From positions 103,070 to 167,069 of IMG/VR virus record IMGVR_UViG_3300012009_000091: a DNA stretch of 64,000 bases, one strand, 5' to 3'. The notes under the pieces were generated by a model that was given only the letters and a program-made list of their open reading frames with translations, searched no databases and was not told the origin of the DNA. Source of the DNA: a virus. The first letter of the stretch is position 1, and each line of letters starts with the position of its first letter. The position numbers and the translations under genes are program-made. Shown piece by piece: positions 19,989 through 28,414 of the stretch.

Positions 19989-20681
19989 ATGACTATTCAG
20001 GAAGAGTATGATGAGGGGAGACGCAATTTCTCGTATATGCGTTTAGAACACGCATTCCTGAGAGGCGCAAATCTATCGGGTGCAGATTTCACGCATACCG
20101 ATCTCACGGATGCCATGTTCACGGATGCGGACCTCACGGATGCGAACTTCATGAATACACGTTTGATAAACACGATCTTCAAACGTGTTACGCTCACGAA
20201 CGCGGATTTCAGGGGTGCGGACTTAAATGGCGCAATCCTCGTAAGTACAAACTTCACGGGAGTCAATCTCACGGATGCGGACTTCGGGGGTACGCACTTG
20301 AGGGACATAATTTTCACACGCGCCACGCTCACACGTACCTGTTTCGATCCGGAGGCAAGTATCCCGACTCTCACCGATGAAGAGATTCTTGCCGCTGGTC
20401 TAGAAATGGATGGAGAGTGGGTATATGGGTGGAGGACAGAATGGTCGTCTATAAAGCAGGAGAAGTATGTTCCGTGTAAAGAGCCGTATGTGGCACCCGT
20501 CTTCAGCGTGAGTCAAAATACTCCTTGCCACCCTGGAATCTATCTGGCTGATCGTAAGTGGCTCGTGAGAGAGTACGGAAAGTACGTACCTGTTGTTCGC
20601 TGTCGTTGTAAACGATACGAATTAATTCACGCCGGAGATCAGTGGAGGGCAAAGAGACTCTGGATTGAGGAGGAGAGATGA
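19989..20681 (+). CDS. pentapeptide-repeat protein 3
   Basis: same architecture. Confidence 0.9.
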   Translation: MTIQEEYDEGRRNFSYMRLEHAFLRGANLSGADFTHTDLTDAMFTDADLTDANFMNTRLINTIFKRVTLTNADFRGADLNGAILVSTNFTGVNLTDADFGGTHLRDIIFTRATLTRTCFDPEASIPTLTDEEILAAGLEMDGEWVYGWRTEWSSIKQEKYVPCKEPYVAPVFSVSQNTPCHPGIYLADRKWLVREYGKYVPVVRCRCKRYELIHAGDQWRAKRLWIEEER

Positions 20682-20800
20682 GTATTCAGGGTGAGTACGA
20701 TAGAGGGCGACGAAATTTCACGGGCGCCTGTCTTGATCGGCGGTGGCGGCATCTTCACCCGCCAACGAATAGATGATTCTGGACTGAGGAGGAGAAATGA
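20678..20800 (+). pseudogene. internally deleted relic of a pentapeptide-repeat gene
   Basis: MSIQGEYDRGRRNFTGACLD... stop at 20776, then in-frame FWTEEEK* matching the family terminus LWIEEE. Confidence 0.75.
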
Positions 20801-21603
20801 ACATTCAAGAGGAGTACAACGAGGGAAGACGAGACTTCTCGTATATGCGTTTAGAAGGCGTAAATTTGAAAGGCGCAAATCTATTGGGTGCAGATTTCAC
20901 GAATGCCGATTTCACGAATGCCGATTTCACAAATGCCGATTTCACGGGTGCCTACTTCAATGGTGCGTACTTAAAAGACGCGATTTTCACCCGCGCCATT
21001 CTCGATGATGCGGACTTCACGGCTGCGTACTTACACGGCGCAGTTCTCACGAAAACGAATTCCAAGAGCGCGAATTTCAACAGCGCGAACCTCGAGAATT
21101 CGACGATCAACGAAGCTAAGTTCAGACATTCTGAACTTGTGGGTACAGATCTTGAAAATGCGAATCTTGAGGGAACAGATTTCACGGGTGCCGACCTCAC
21201 GTGGGCCAATCTCATAAAGGCGAATTTCACGGGTGCCATACTCGATGGCACCTGTATCGATCCGGCAGCACCATTACCGCCTCTCACCGATGAGGAGATT
21301 CTTGTTGCTGGCCTATACCCAGAAGGTGAGTGGGTGTATGGGTGGCGAACAGAGATGTCGGCTATGAAGTGCGAGAAATATGTGCCGAGAGAGGAGCCGT
21401 ATGTGGCTCCCGTCTTCAGCGTGGATCAGAGAACTCCTTGTCACCCTGGAATCTATCTGGCTAGCCGCAAGTGGTTAATCGAGGCCCGCTGGGATCTTGT
21501 TGTTCGCTGTCGCTGCAGGCGTGATGAGCTGGTTCACGCCGGAGACAAATGGCGGGCAAAAAGACTCTGGATTGAGGAGGGGAGAAATGAATATTCAAGA
21601 TGA
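20797..21603 (+). CDS. pentapeptide-repeat protein 4
   Basis: includes a 15-nt tandem (ADFTN)x3. Confidence 0.9.
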   Translation: MNIQEEYNEGRRDFSYMRLEGVNLKGANLLGADFTNADFTNADFTNADFTGAYFNGAYLKDAIFTRAILDDADFTAAYLHGAVLTKTNSKSANFNSANLENSTINEAKFRHSELVGTDLENANLEGTDFTGADLTWANLIKANFTGAILDGTCIDPAAPLPPLTDEEILVAGLYPEGEWVYGWRTEMSAMKCEKYVPREEPYVAPVFSVDQRTPCHPGIYLASRKWLIEARWDLVVRCRCRRDELVHAGDKWRAKRLWIEEGRNEYSR

Positions 21604-22438
21604 ATACGACAATGGACGGCAAGATTTCAAGGGCCTTGATCTAACGGGTACGTTTCTCGTTGACGCGGAGCTCAAGCGCGCCGATTTCACGGACGCGAAT
21701 TTCACGGACGCTGATCTCACAGGTGTGTGTCTCAACCAGGCAACCTTGATGGGCGCGACATTCACGAGAGTACTTCTCAGATATGCTGATCTCGTGGACG
21801 CGAACTTCGCGAAAGCTGATCTCACGGGCGCGCGTCTTTATCGCGCCGACCTCACGGGTGCCACGCTCACGAATGCGACGCTCACGGACGCGAATTTCAC
21901 GGATGCGAGTCTTGCACGTGCCACGTTAGCGGGTGTCGTTCTCGCGAGCACAAATCTATCGTATGTGTCCTTTATGGATGCTGATCTCACGGACGCCGAC
22001 TTCACAGGAGCAATTCTCGCGAATACAAATCTCATGGGAACTAGGCTCACGGGTGCTGTGTTCACGAGTACCTGTCTCGACCCGGAAGCAATTATCCCGT
22101 CTCTCACGGACAAGGAGATTTTTGCCGCTGGATTGCAGCCGGTAGGTGAGTGGGTGTATGGGTGGAGGACAGAGAGATCAAAAATCGCGGGAGACACAAA
22201 GTACGTTCTGAGAGAGGAGCCGTATGTGGCGCCTGTCTTCAGCGTGAGCCAGAATACTCCTTGCCACCCCGGGATCTACTTGGCTAGTCGCAAATGGCTT
22301 GCTGACCATTATGGGAAACACGAGCCCGTTGTCCGCTGTCACTGCAAAAGAGATGAGTTGATTCATGCCGGAGACAAATGGCGGACAAGAAGACTTTGGA
22401 TTGAGGAGAATCAGACATGGGAGCACAGTCGTTCATAG
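21587..22438 (+). CDS. pentapeptide-repeat protein 5
   Basis: same architecture; start MNIQDEY. Confidence 0.9.
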   Translation: MNIQDEYDNGRQDFKGLDLTGTFLVDAELKRADFTDANFTDADLTGVCLNQATLMGATFTRVLLRYADLVDANFAKADLTGARLYRADLTGATLTNATLTDANFTDASLARATLAGVVLASTNLSYVSFMDADLTDADFTGAILANTNLMGTRLTGAVFTSTCLDPEAIIPSLTDKEIFAAGLQPVGEWVYGWRTERSKIAGDTKYVLREEPYVAPVFSVSQNTPCHPGIYLASRKWLADHYGKHEPVVRCHCKRDELIHAGDKWRTRRLWIEENQTWEHSRS

Positions 22439-22734
22439 TAGAAATTTGGGCGCGCTCGGAACACCAGGCGTTTAGAAAGGCTCGAGAAGATGCGCACTGG
22501 GAACATGGACAAGGAGGGTATACGGGGTCCATCGCCGAGAAAAATCGGTTCCAAATGGTTTGGACCTCCCCTGAAGAGGAACCGGTCGACTTGGCAGAAA
22601 AACTTCTTGAAGATGATGATTCCGAATTCAGCAAGTGGGGTCCAGCTGGGTGCATTATGACTCCGCATAAACGGGTAATAGACAGCGGTAGAACCGAGTA
22701 CAAGTACCTGTTTTTCGGGTGGGCGTCATGCTGA
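22417..22734 (+). CDS. hypothetical phage protein
   Basis: HGQGGYTGSIAEK...KWGPAGC...YLFFGWASC. Confidence 0.7.
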   Translation: MGAQSFIVEIWARSEHQAFRKAREDAHWEHGQGGYTGSIAEKNRFQMVWTSPEEEPVDLAEKLLEDDDSEFSKWGPAGCIMTPHKRVIDSGRTEYKYLFFGWASC

Positions 22735-22979
22735 AAACCGTAATGGAAAGATTGACGCCTGAGTCCCGTGCAAACGTGTTATGCACAGGATGTAGCTGGA
22801 TTATTCGGGAGCGGGGGGCAGAGCATCTACCTGACCATTGCCCTCAATGCGAAAAAGAGAGGTTAGAGTCAGATTGGGAAGGGCTGGCCAGGTACGATGC
22901 AGCTCGCCGCCTCTTCCAGGACTTCTGTGAGATCTATGCTCCAGATTGTGCTGAACCTACGAGAGAAAGAGGAGAATGA
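22728..22979 (+). CDS. Zn-ribbon hypothetical protein
   Basis: CTGC...CPQC. Confidence 0.6.
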   Translation: MLKTVMERLTPESRANVLCTGCSWIIRERGAEHLPDHCPQCEKERLESDWEGLARYDAARRLFQDFCEIYAPDCAEPTRERGE

Positions 22980-23788
22980 GTACAAATAAAAATTGTCCAG
23001 AAGGGTTTGTTTTGATCAACGCGGGACGGTTTACGATGGGATCGCCGAGTAGTGAACTGTATCGATACGACGACGAGGACCAACACGGGGTACTGATCAC
23101 TCGAGACTTCTATTTACAGGCGACGCCGGTGACACAAGGTCAATGGCGAAGAGTAATGGGAACTAACCCATCGCCATTCACGAGCTGCGGCAACGTGTAC
23201 CCGGTAGAGAGGGTGAACTGGTACGAGGCATTGGCGTACTTGAATGCACTATCAGAGTCAGAGGGGCTAGAGCCGTATTATTGCCTGACGGGCTGTCGAG
23301 GGGTATTGGGCTATAACTACGAATGCGACGAAGTGAAGACAAAAGGATTGGAGTGCGAAGGATACCGTTTGCCGACGGAAGCCGAGTGGGAGTACGCGGC
23401 GCGAGCAGGCACGGAGACGGCTTACTACAGCGGAGAGAACAGAGCGGCATGGAGCGGCTCGGACCCAAACCTGGAGCGGATAGGGTGGTACTATGGAAAC
23501 TCGAAGAACAGATCCCATCCAGTCGCGTGCAAAGAACCAAACTCTTGGGGTTTATACGATATGCTGGGGAATGTGTGTGATTGGGTGTGGGATTGGTATG
23601 GAGAATATCCTAGCTGTTCCGTGACAGACCCAGAAGGGCCGGAAACGGGCAAGTATCGAGTATTTCGAGGGGGCGGCTGGTGTAACGGCGCTCAGTACGT
23701 CCGGTCTGCGACTCGCCTCAGGCATGACCCTGCGGCCCGCAGCATCTTCCTCGGCCTGCGGCCCGCTAGAACAGTAAAATCTAGCTAG
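22976..23788 (+). CDS. FGE-sulfatase (SUMF1/CLec-fold) domain protein 1
   Basis: FTMGS, PVT.GQW, YRLPTEAEWEYAARAG, N.WGLYDMLGNV, RGGGW, GLRPAR. Confidence 0.9.
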   Translation: MSTNKNCPEGFVLINAGRFTMGSPSSELYRYDDEDQHGVLITRDFYLQATPVTQGQWRRVMGTNPSPFTSCGNVYPVERVNWYEALAYLNALSESEGLEPYYCLTGCRGVLGYNYECDEVKTKGLECEGYRLPTEAEWEYAARAGTETAYYSGENRAAWSGSDPNLERIGWYYGNSKNRSHPVACKEPNSWGLYDMLGNVCDWVWDWYGEYPSCSVTDPEGPETGKYRVFRGGGWCNGAQYVRSATRLRHDPAARSIFLGLRPARTVKSS

Positions 23789-23802
23789 GACAGGAGAGAA
23801 GA

Positions 23803-24645
23803 ATGATTACGGCCGAAAATTGTCCGGAAGGATTCGTTTTGATCAAAGCAGGGCAGTTTACGATGGGTTCACTGCCAAGTGAGCAGCATCGCGGTAGTGA
23901 CGAAACCAAACACCTGGTGGAGATCACACGGGATTTCTATTTGCAGACGACGCCGGTGACGCGGGGCCAGTGGCACCACTTGATAGGGAACAACCCATCG
24001 TATTTCACGCAGGGCGGCGACGAGTGCCCTGTGGAAAGCGTGAACTGGTATGAGGCATTGAGCTATCTGAATGCGTTGTCGGAGTCAGAGGGGTTAGAAC
24101 CGTATTATCGCCTGACGGGCTGTCGAGGAGTGTTGGGTTGGGGCTGCGGAGGTGGGGGGTATTATCCTGATGGCTATGTATGCTACAGCGTAGAGTCAAA
24201 AGGGTTGGATTGCGAAGGGTACCGTTTGCCGACGGAAGCCGAGTGGGAATATGCGGCGCGCGCGGGATCCTTGACGGCTTACTACAGTGGCGGGAACATT
24301 AAAGATTTAAGCCGCACAGATCCGAATCTGGCGCAGATAGGGTGGTATTACAAGAACTCGAAGAACAAAGTTCATCCAGTCGCGTGCAAAGAACCAAATG
24401 CCTGGGGTCTGTACGACATGCTGGGGAATGTGTTTGAGTGGGTGTGGGACCGGTATGATTATTATTACCCCTCTGAACCCGTTACGGACCCAGAGGGGCC
24501 AGGAACTGGTGCCCGCCGAGTGTACCGGGGAGGCAGCTGGATCAGCAAGGCGCCGCGTGCTCGGTCTGCTGCTCGCGGCTGGGTTGGCCCTATATACCGC
24601 AGCAACGTCATCGGCTTTCGGGCTGCCAGGACGGTAAAATACTAG
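23803..24645 (+). CDS. FGE-sulfatase (SUMF1/CLec-fold) domain protein 2
   Basis: tandem paralog; RGGSW...GFRAAR terminus. Confidence 0.9.
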   Translation: MITAENCPEGFVLIKAGQFTMGSLPSEQHRGSDETKHLVEITRDFYLQTTPVTRGQWHHLIGNNPSYFTQGGDECPVESVNWYEALSYLNALSESEGLEPYYRLTGCRGVLGWGCGGGGYYPDGYVCYSVESKGLDCEGYRLPTEAEWEYAARAGSLTAYYSGGNIKDLSRTDPNLAQIGWYYKNSKNKVHPVACKEPNAWGLYDMLGNVFEWVWDRYDYYYPSEPVTDPEGPGTGARRVYRGGSWISKAPRARSAARGWVGPIYRSNVIGFRAARTVKY

Positions 24646-24706
24646 AAAAAGATAGCGCCGTCCTAGATCCTGTGCGGCAGCTCGACCCGTAACTTGGAGA
24701 TAGATC

Positions 24707-25741
24707 ATGATCACGCGGCTGGACCTCACGGACTTTACCCTCTTCGCCCGGGCGGACTTCCAGTTCGGTGCCCTCAACGTAATCCACGGAGCCAACAGCA
24801 GCGGCAAGACCCATTTGCTCAAGCTGGCCTATTGCGTGACCTCCGCGATTACGCCACGTCCGAACGAACCCGTGTCCGGTCAACCAACCAAGACCAGGCT
24901 CGAACCCGCGCTCGGAGCCAAGCTCGCCGCGGTATTTCGGCCCGACCAGGGCAAAGTCGGGCGCCTCACCCGACGGGTGCAGAGAACGAAGAGGTCCGAG
25001 GTTCGGGTCACGCTCAAGGATGCAGGGAACCTCAACTTCTCATTCAGCACCCGAAGTGACCGTGCCGTCGCCACGTCGGAGGTTCCGACGGCTTGGCTCG
25101 ATCAGGCGCCGATCTACTTCCCTACACGTGAGCTTCTGTCTGTGTACCCGGGATTCGTCAGCCTGTATGAGACTCAGGCTGTCCCGTTCGACGAGACGTG
25201 GCGGGATACCTGCCTGCTCCTGGGGGCACCCATCGCGAGAGGTCCGAAGAAGCGTGAGATCGCCGAGCTTCTTCAGCCTCTGGAAGAGGCTATCGGATGC
25301 AGAGCGGTGCTCGAAGGAGACCGCTTCTTTCTGCAGATGCAGCAGCCCAACGCCAAGGTCGAGGCGGATCTCGTCGCTGAGGGGTACCGGAAGCTCTCGA
25401 TGGTGGCCAGGCTCATCGCGAACGGCAGTCTCGATGACAGAGGCTACCTGTTCTGGGACGAGCCGGCGGCGAATCTGAACGCTCGCCTCGTGCGAAAGCT
25501 GGCGCCACTGTTCATCGATCTCGCCGATGGAGGTGTGCAGGTGTTTGTCGCGACGCACAGCCGCTTTCTGATGCGAGAAATCGAGATCGAACGCGCATCT
25601 CGGAAGAAAAAGGCCAGCGTGCGCTACATAGGGCTGCATCCATCGTCTGGTGGGGTCGAAGTCGCCCAGGGCCAAAGTGTGGGCGACTCAGGAGACATCA
25701 CCGGGAACGGGATCGACACCCGGGGCCTAAAGTGCTATTAA
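24707..25741 (+). CDS. AAA_15/AAA_21-type (ABC/SMC-like) ATPase
   Basis: GANSSGKT Walker A, AEGYRK signature, FWDEP Walker B, VATHS H-loop; GC-rich. Confidence 0.85.
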   Translation: MITRLDLTDFTLFARADFQFGALNVIHGANSSGKTHLLKLAYCVTSAITPRPNEPVSGQPTKTRLEPALGAKLAAVFRPDQGKVGRLTRRVQRTKRSEVRVTLKDAGNLNFSFSTRSDRAVATSEVPTAWLDQAPIYFPTRELLSVYPGFVSLYETQAVPFDETWRDTCLLLGAPIARGPKKREIAELLQPLEEAIGCRAVLEGDRFFLQMQQPNAKVEADLVAEGYRKLSMVARLIANGSLDDRGYLFWDEPAANLNARLVRKLAPLFIDLADGGVQVFVATHSRFLMREIEIERASRKKKASVRYIGLHPSSGGVEVAQGQSVGDSGDITGNGIDTRGLKCY

Positions 25742-25753
25742 CAATTGAGTCGT

Positions 25754-25804
25754 GATGGGGAGTCCGTGGGATGTTCCACGGACTCCCCACTATCCATTCT
25801 TTTT
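25754..25804 (+). terminator. intrinsic terminator
   Basis: TGGGGAGTCCGTGG/CCACGGACTCCCCA stem, T-run downstream. Confidence 0.65.
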
Positions 25805-25830
25805 ATGTGTGGGAAAGGAGGTTATGTATT

Positions 25831-26412
25831 ATGCAGAAGTCGATCACGCTGCTGTCTGTTTTCTTGTCTCTGTCTTTGTTTATGCTGTCCAGTGCGTCGG
25901 CCGAAGGCGACAGTGAGCCCGGTGACGGTAATCGGACTCTAGTCGAGGAGTGTACTGCGCTGTGCGGTGAGTACGAGGCGGCAACGATTGACATCGATGC
26001 CGCTGGTAATCTGGTGGCCTGTACCTGTGACGTCACTGACCCGAGTAGGGTGTGTTGCACTCAAGGTACTTCTGTGCCGTGTGGTGATGCCTGTATTCCA
26101 GAAGGCAGAACCTGTAGCCATGTTGAAGATGGACGAGCCAGTTACTGTGATATCGAGATCTCGGGGCCTAATGTCGAGTATGCTGCCGAATGCGCTGTGC
26201 CCTGTTCTCCGTACACAGTTGGGACCTTGAAGTTGGGGACTGACGGCGCGCTAGTGGCTTGTGGGTGTCATGTTAGTTCTTTGGCCCCGGTTTGTTGTAC
26301 GCCGGGGACGTCGCGTCCTTGTGGCGACGCCTGTATCTCGCCAGACCATAATTGTCAGCGTCCCACCGGCAGGGCGATGTTCTGCGATCCCGACACAGAA
26401 CAAGAAGAATAG
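25831..26412 (+). CDS. secreted Cys-rich protein with two internal repeats
   Basis: signal peptide ending SASA-EG; 2x C..C...G.LVAC.C...VCCT.GTS.PCGDACI....C. Confidence 0.75.
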   Translation: MQKSITLLSVFLSLSLFMLSSASAEGDSEPGDGNRTLVEECTALCGEYEAATIDIDAAGNLVACTCDVTDPSRVCCTQGTSVPCGDACIPEGRTCSHVEDGRASYCDIEISGPNVEYAAECAVPCSPYTVGTLKLGTDGALVACGCHVSSLAPVCCTPGTSRPCGDACISPDHNCQRPTGRAMFCDPDTEQEE

Positions 26413-26593
26413 TAAGCCTATCCGCTCTCCTCACTCCTCTTCACATCTAAGACAATTCAGCCCTTTATCTCATATAAGTCTGGTACACAGGTGAGAACGG
26501 TTCTCACCATTCGCTAACTGGGTGTTGTGCACGCGCACGCGCGCGCGCCTCACCCCCATCAAAGACGCCAAGCGCGTCGGAGAGGATAAGAGC

Positions 26594-26896
26594 ATGAAAT
26601 TCAAGATGGACAATGGGACGGTGATCGACACACGACTCAGCCGCCGCACGTGGGAGGAAGACAGTTTTTGGGACGGAAGCAACCACATCTCGGTGGCTAC
26701 CGGGAGCCAGTTCGACCACCAGCAGCTGTATGAATCGAGGCGAGGCCGCTACTACCTACGGCATTGGTCCAACTGGCAAGGAACCCGTGACCACGTAGAG
26801 TGGGTGTCCCCGGAAGAGGCAGCTCGTTGGCTTATTGCCAACGAACATGAGCTTCCCGAAGAGCTTGTCCAATTCGAGGATGAGATCGTCGAATAG
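26594..26896 (+). CDS. hypothetical protein
   Basis: RBS GAGGA; ATATAAG motif variant at 26472. Confidence 0.65.
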   Translation: MKFKMDNGTVIDTRLSRRTWEEDSFWDGSNHISVATGSQFDHQQLYESRRGRYYLRHWSNWQGTRDHVEWVSPEEAARWLIANEHELPEELVQFEDEIVE

Positions 26897-26973
26897 GTTC
26901 AAAACTGTAATACACACTGGGTGTGATTCACTCACCCGGTGTTTCGTTCATTCCGAACTCTTCAGGAGCCAAT

Positions 26974-27309
26974 ATGAACTCTGAAAACAACACCGAGGCC
27001 GAAGCCGTGGTGTCCAAGCTTCAAGACGAGGTGCAGATTCGCAGGCTCGGCTTGCGACAGTACAAGGTGCCTGTTTGCGATCCAAGGCTGCCTATCGAAT
27101 TGTCTGGGAGGTGCCCACAGTGCGAAAACATCGTGACCCTCGCTATGTACCGTAGCTGGATCACGAAAACGTGGATGGTTGCGGCCCATAGCGGGTCGGA
27201 CCACTGGGAAGAACGGGATCTACAATGCCCCTACTGTGGACGCTTCGTGAACATAGAGTTCCGGGTCGAAGTCGACATCGTGACACGAGAGAAGGAGCAG
27301 AGCCTATGA
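26974..27309 (+). CDS. Zn-finger hypothetical protein
   Basis: CPQC...CPYC; RBS CAGGAG. Confidence 0.65.
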   Translation: MNSENNTEAEAVVSKLQDEVQIRRLGLRQYKVPVCDPRLPIELSGRCPQCENIVTLAMYRSWITKTWMVAAHSGSDHWEERDLQCPYCGRFVNIEFRVEVDIVTREKEQSL

Positions 27310-27407
27310 AGCAGCGGAATGAGAAGTGTCCTCGTGCAGTCTAGCCACGGGGACCCGATGGAAACTGATTCGTCGATGTTTAGACGGTCATACGTAGAGG
27401 AAAAAAA

Positions 27408-27620
27408 ATGGACTCAATTGAAGAACCCGAACCCGGCATTGATGTCGGACAAACAGAAATCAAGAAGGAGACAGTGCGAGCGATTCTGGTCGAGATCGAG
27501 GGTACAGAAATGTGGTTCCCGAAATCTCAGATCCACGACGACTCGGAGATCTGGCAAGAAGGGGATGTAGGTCATCTCTACGTCACAGAGTGGCTAGCTA
27601 AGAAGAGGGGTTTTGCTTGA
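27408..27620 (+). CDS. small phage protein
   Basis: ET.RAILV......WFPKSQI...VTEWLAKKRG. Confidence 0.7.
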   Translation: MDSIEEPEPGIDVGQTEIKKETVRAILVEIEGTEMWFPKSQIHDDSEIWQEGDVGHLYVTEWLAKKRGFA

Positions 27621-27885
27621 TCTGACTTACTAACACAGCGAGCGCGTATCCGGGTACAAGCAAGCAAGCGGTTTTTCTGTACTTGCTTTCAGGTGATGTG
27701 TACTTTTTACGCGCTCTCTTCTTTCCCTCTGAGGTACCATACCCCTTCGGGGTTTTGTCCAGTTTATGAGCCTGTTGGGTGGCGGTTGCAAACGCCACCT
27801 GACGGGCTTTTTCTGGTCCGTAGGTTCCAGATCTATTGAGACTTTTTTCGATCCGTCGCGCTCGATCATGAATCCAAGCTGGCAT
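27598..27885 (-). CDS. basic putative virion protein
   Basis: RBS GGAGGTG; MPAWIHDRA...AFATATQQ...KTA. Confidence 0.6.
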   Translation of the reverse strand: MPAWIHDRARRIEKSLNRSGTYGPEKARQVAFATATQQAHKLDKTPKGYGTSEGKKRARKKYTSPESKYRKTACLLVPGYALAVLVSQIKQNPSS

Positions 27886-27926
27886 GAGATCACCTCCAGT
27901 AAGAAGATAGCAATAGGAGCGAGACT

Positions 27927-28178
27927 ATGGCAATAAGAACGATGTGCATCAATTGTGCACAGCAGTGGCCCCTACACTCAAGCAGGGATTTCCAAATGAA
28001 AGGGGTAGCGATTGTTCACTGTCCGATGTGTGACCAACTTGAGCCGGTGGAGTCAGTCGATCGTAAAGTCTTGGAAGATATCGCTGCTGGATGTTCTACT
28101 GTCGAAGAGTTTGCTGTTGCGCTGGAAGATTTCGGACTCATCATGGAGATACTATGTCCCACAAGATCGAACAGGTGA
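27927..28178 (+). CDS. Zn-ribbon hypothetical protein
   Basis: CINC...CPMC; RBS AGGAG. Confidence 0.6.
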   Translation: MAIRTMCINCAQQWPLHSSRDFQMKGVAIVHCPMCDQLEPVESVDRKVLEDIAAGCSTVEEFAVALEDFGLIMEILCPTRSNR

Positions 28179-28414
28179 AGCGGCTTTTACAGGAGTCGCT
28201 GGCGAAGATCAACACATTAGAAAAGCAGATCAACAATCTCATTCAGGCGTACACACAAGTGATGCTGCATGGAGGGGCGGATCCAGACCAGTTGATCGAC
28301 GATCTTTATTTTTTACTGACCTATGAAGTGCCGGGAGAGCCGTCTCCGATGGTTCGGGAAACAATTCAGGCCATCGTCCGAGCAATACAAGAAATACAAC
28401 AGGAGGACCATTGA
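28154..28414 (+). CDS. hypothetical protein
   Basis: RBS GGAG; coupled to the ligase gene. Confidence 0.6.
   Translation: MSHKIEQVKRLLQESLAKINTLEKQINNLIQAYTQVMLHGGADPDQLIDDLYFLLTYEVPGEPSPMVRETIQAIVRAIQEIQQEDH

Noticed and set aside
18652-22197. Minus-strand ORFs over the pentapeptide genes
   Set aside because: These are antisense shadows of repetitive codons with no RBS.
22976-25741. Complete DGR
   Set aside because: No reverse transcriptase, Avd or template repeat was found in the window.
26526-26548. Alternating (GC/AC)n run, possible Z-DNA
   Set aside because: It is a single short instance with no supporting context.
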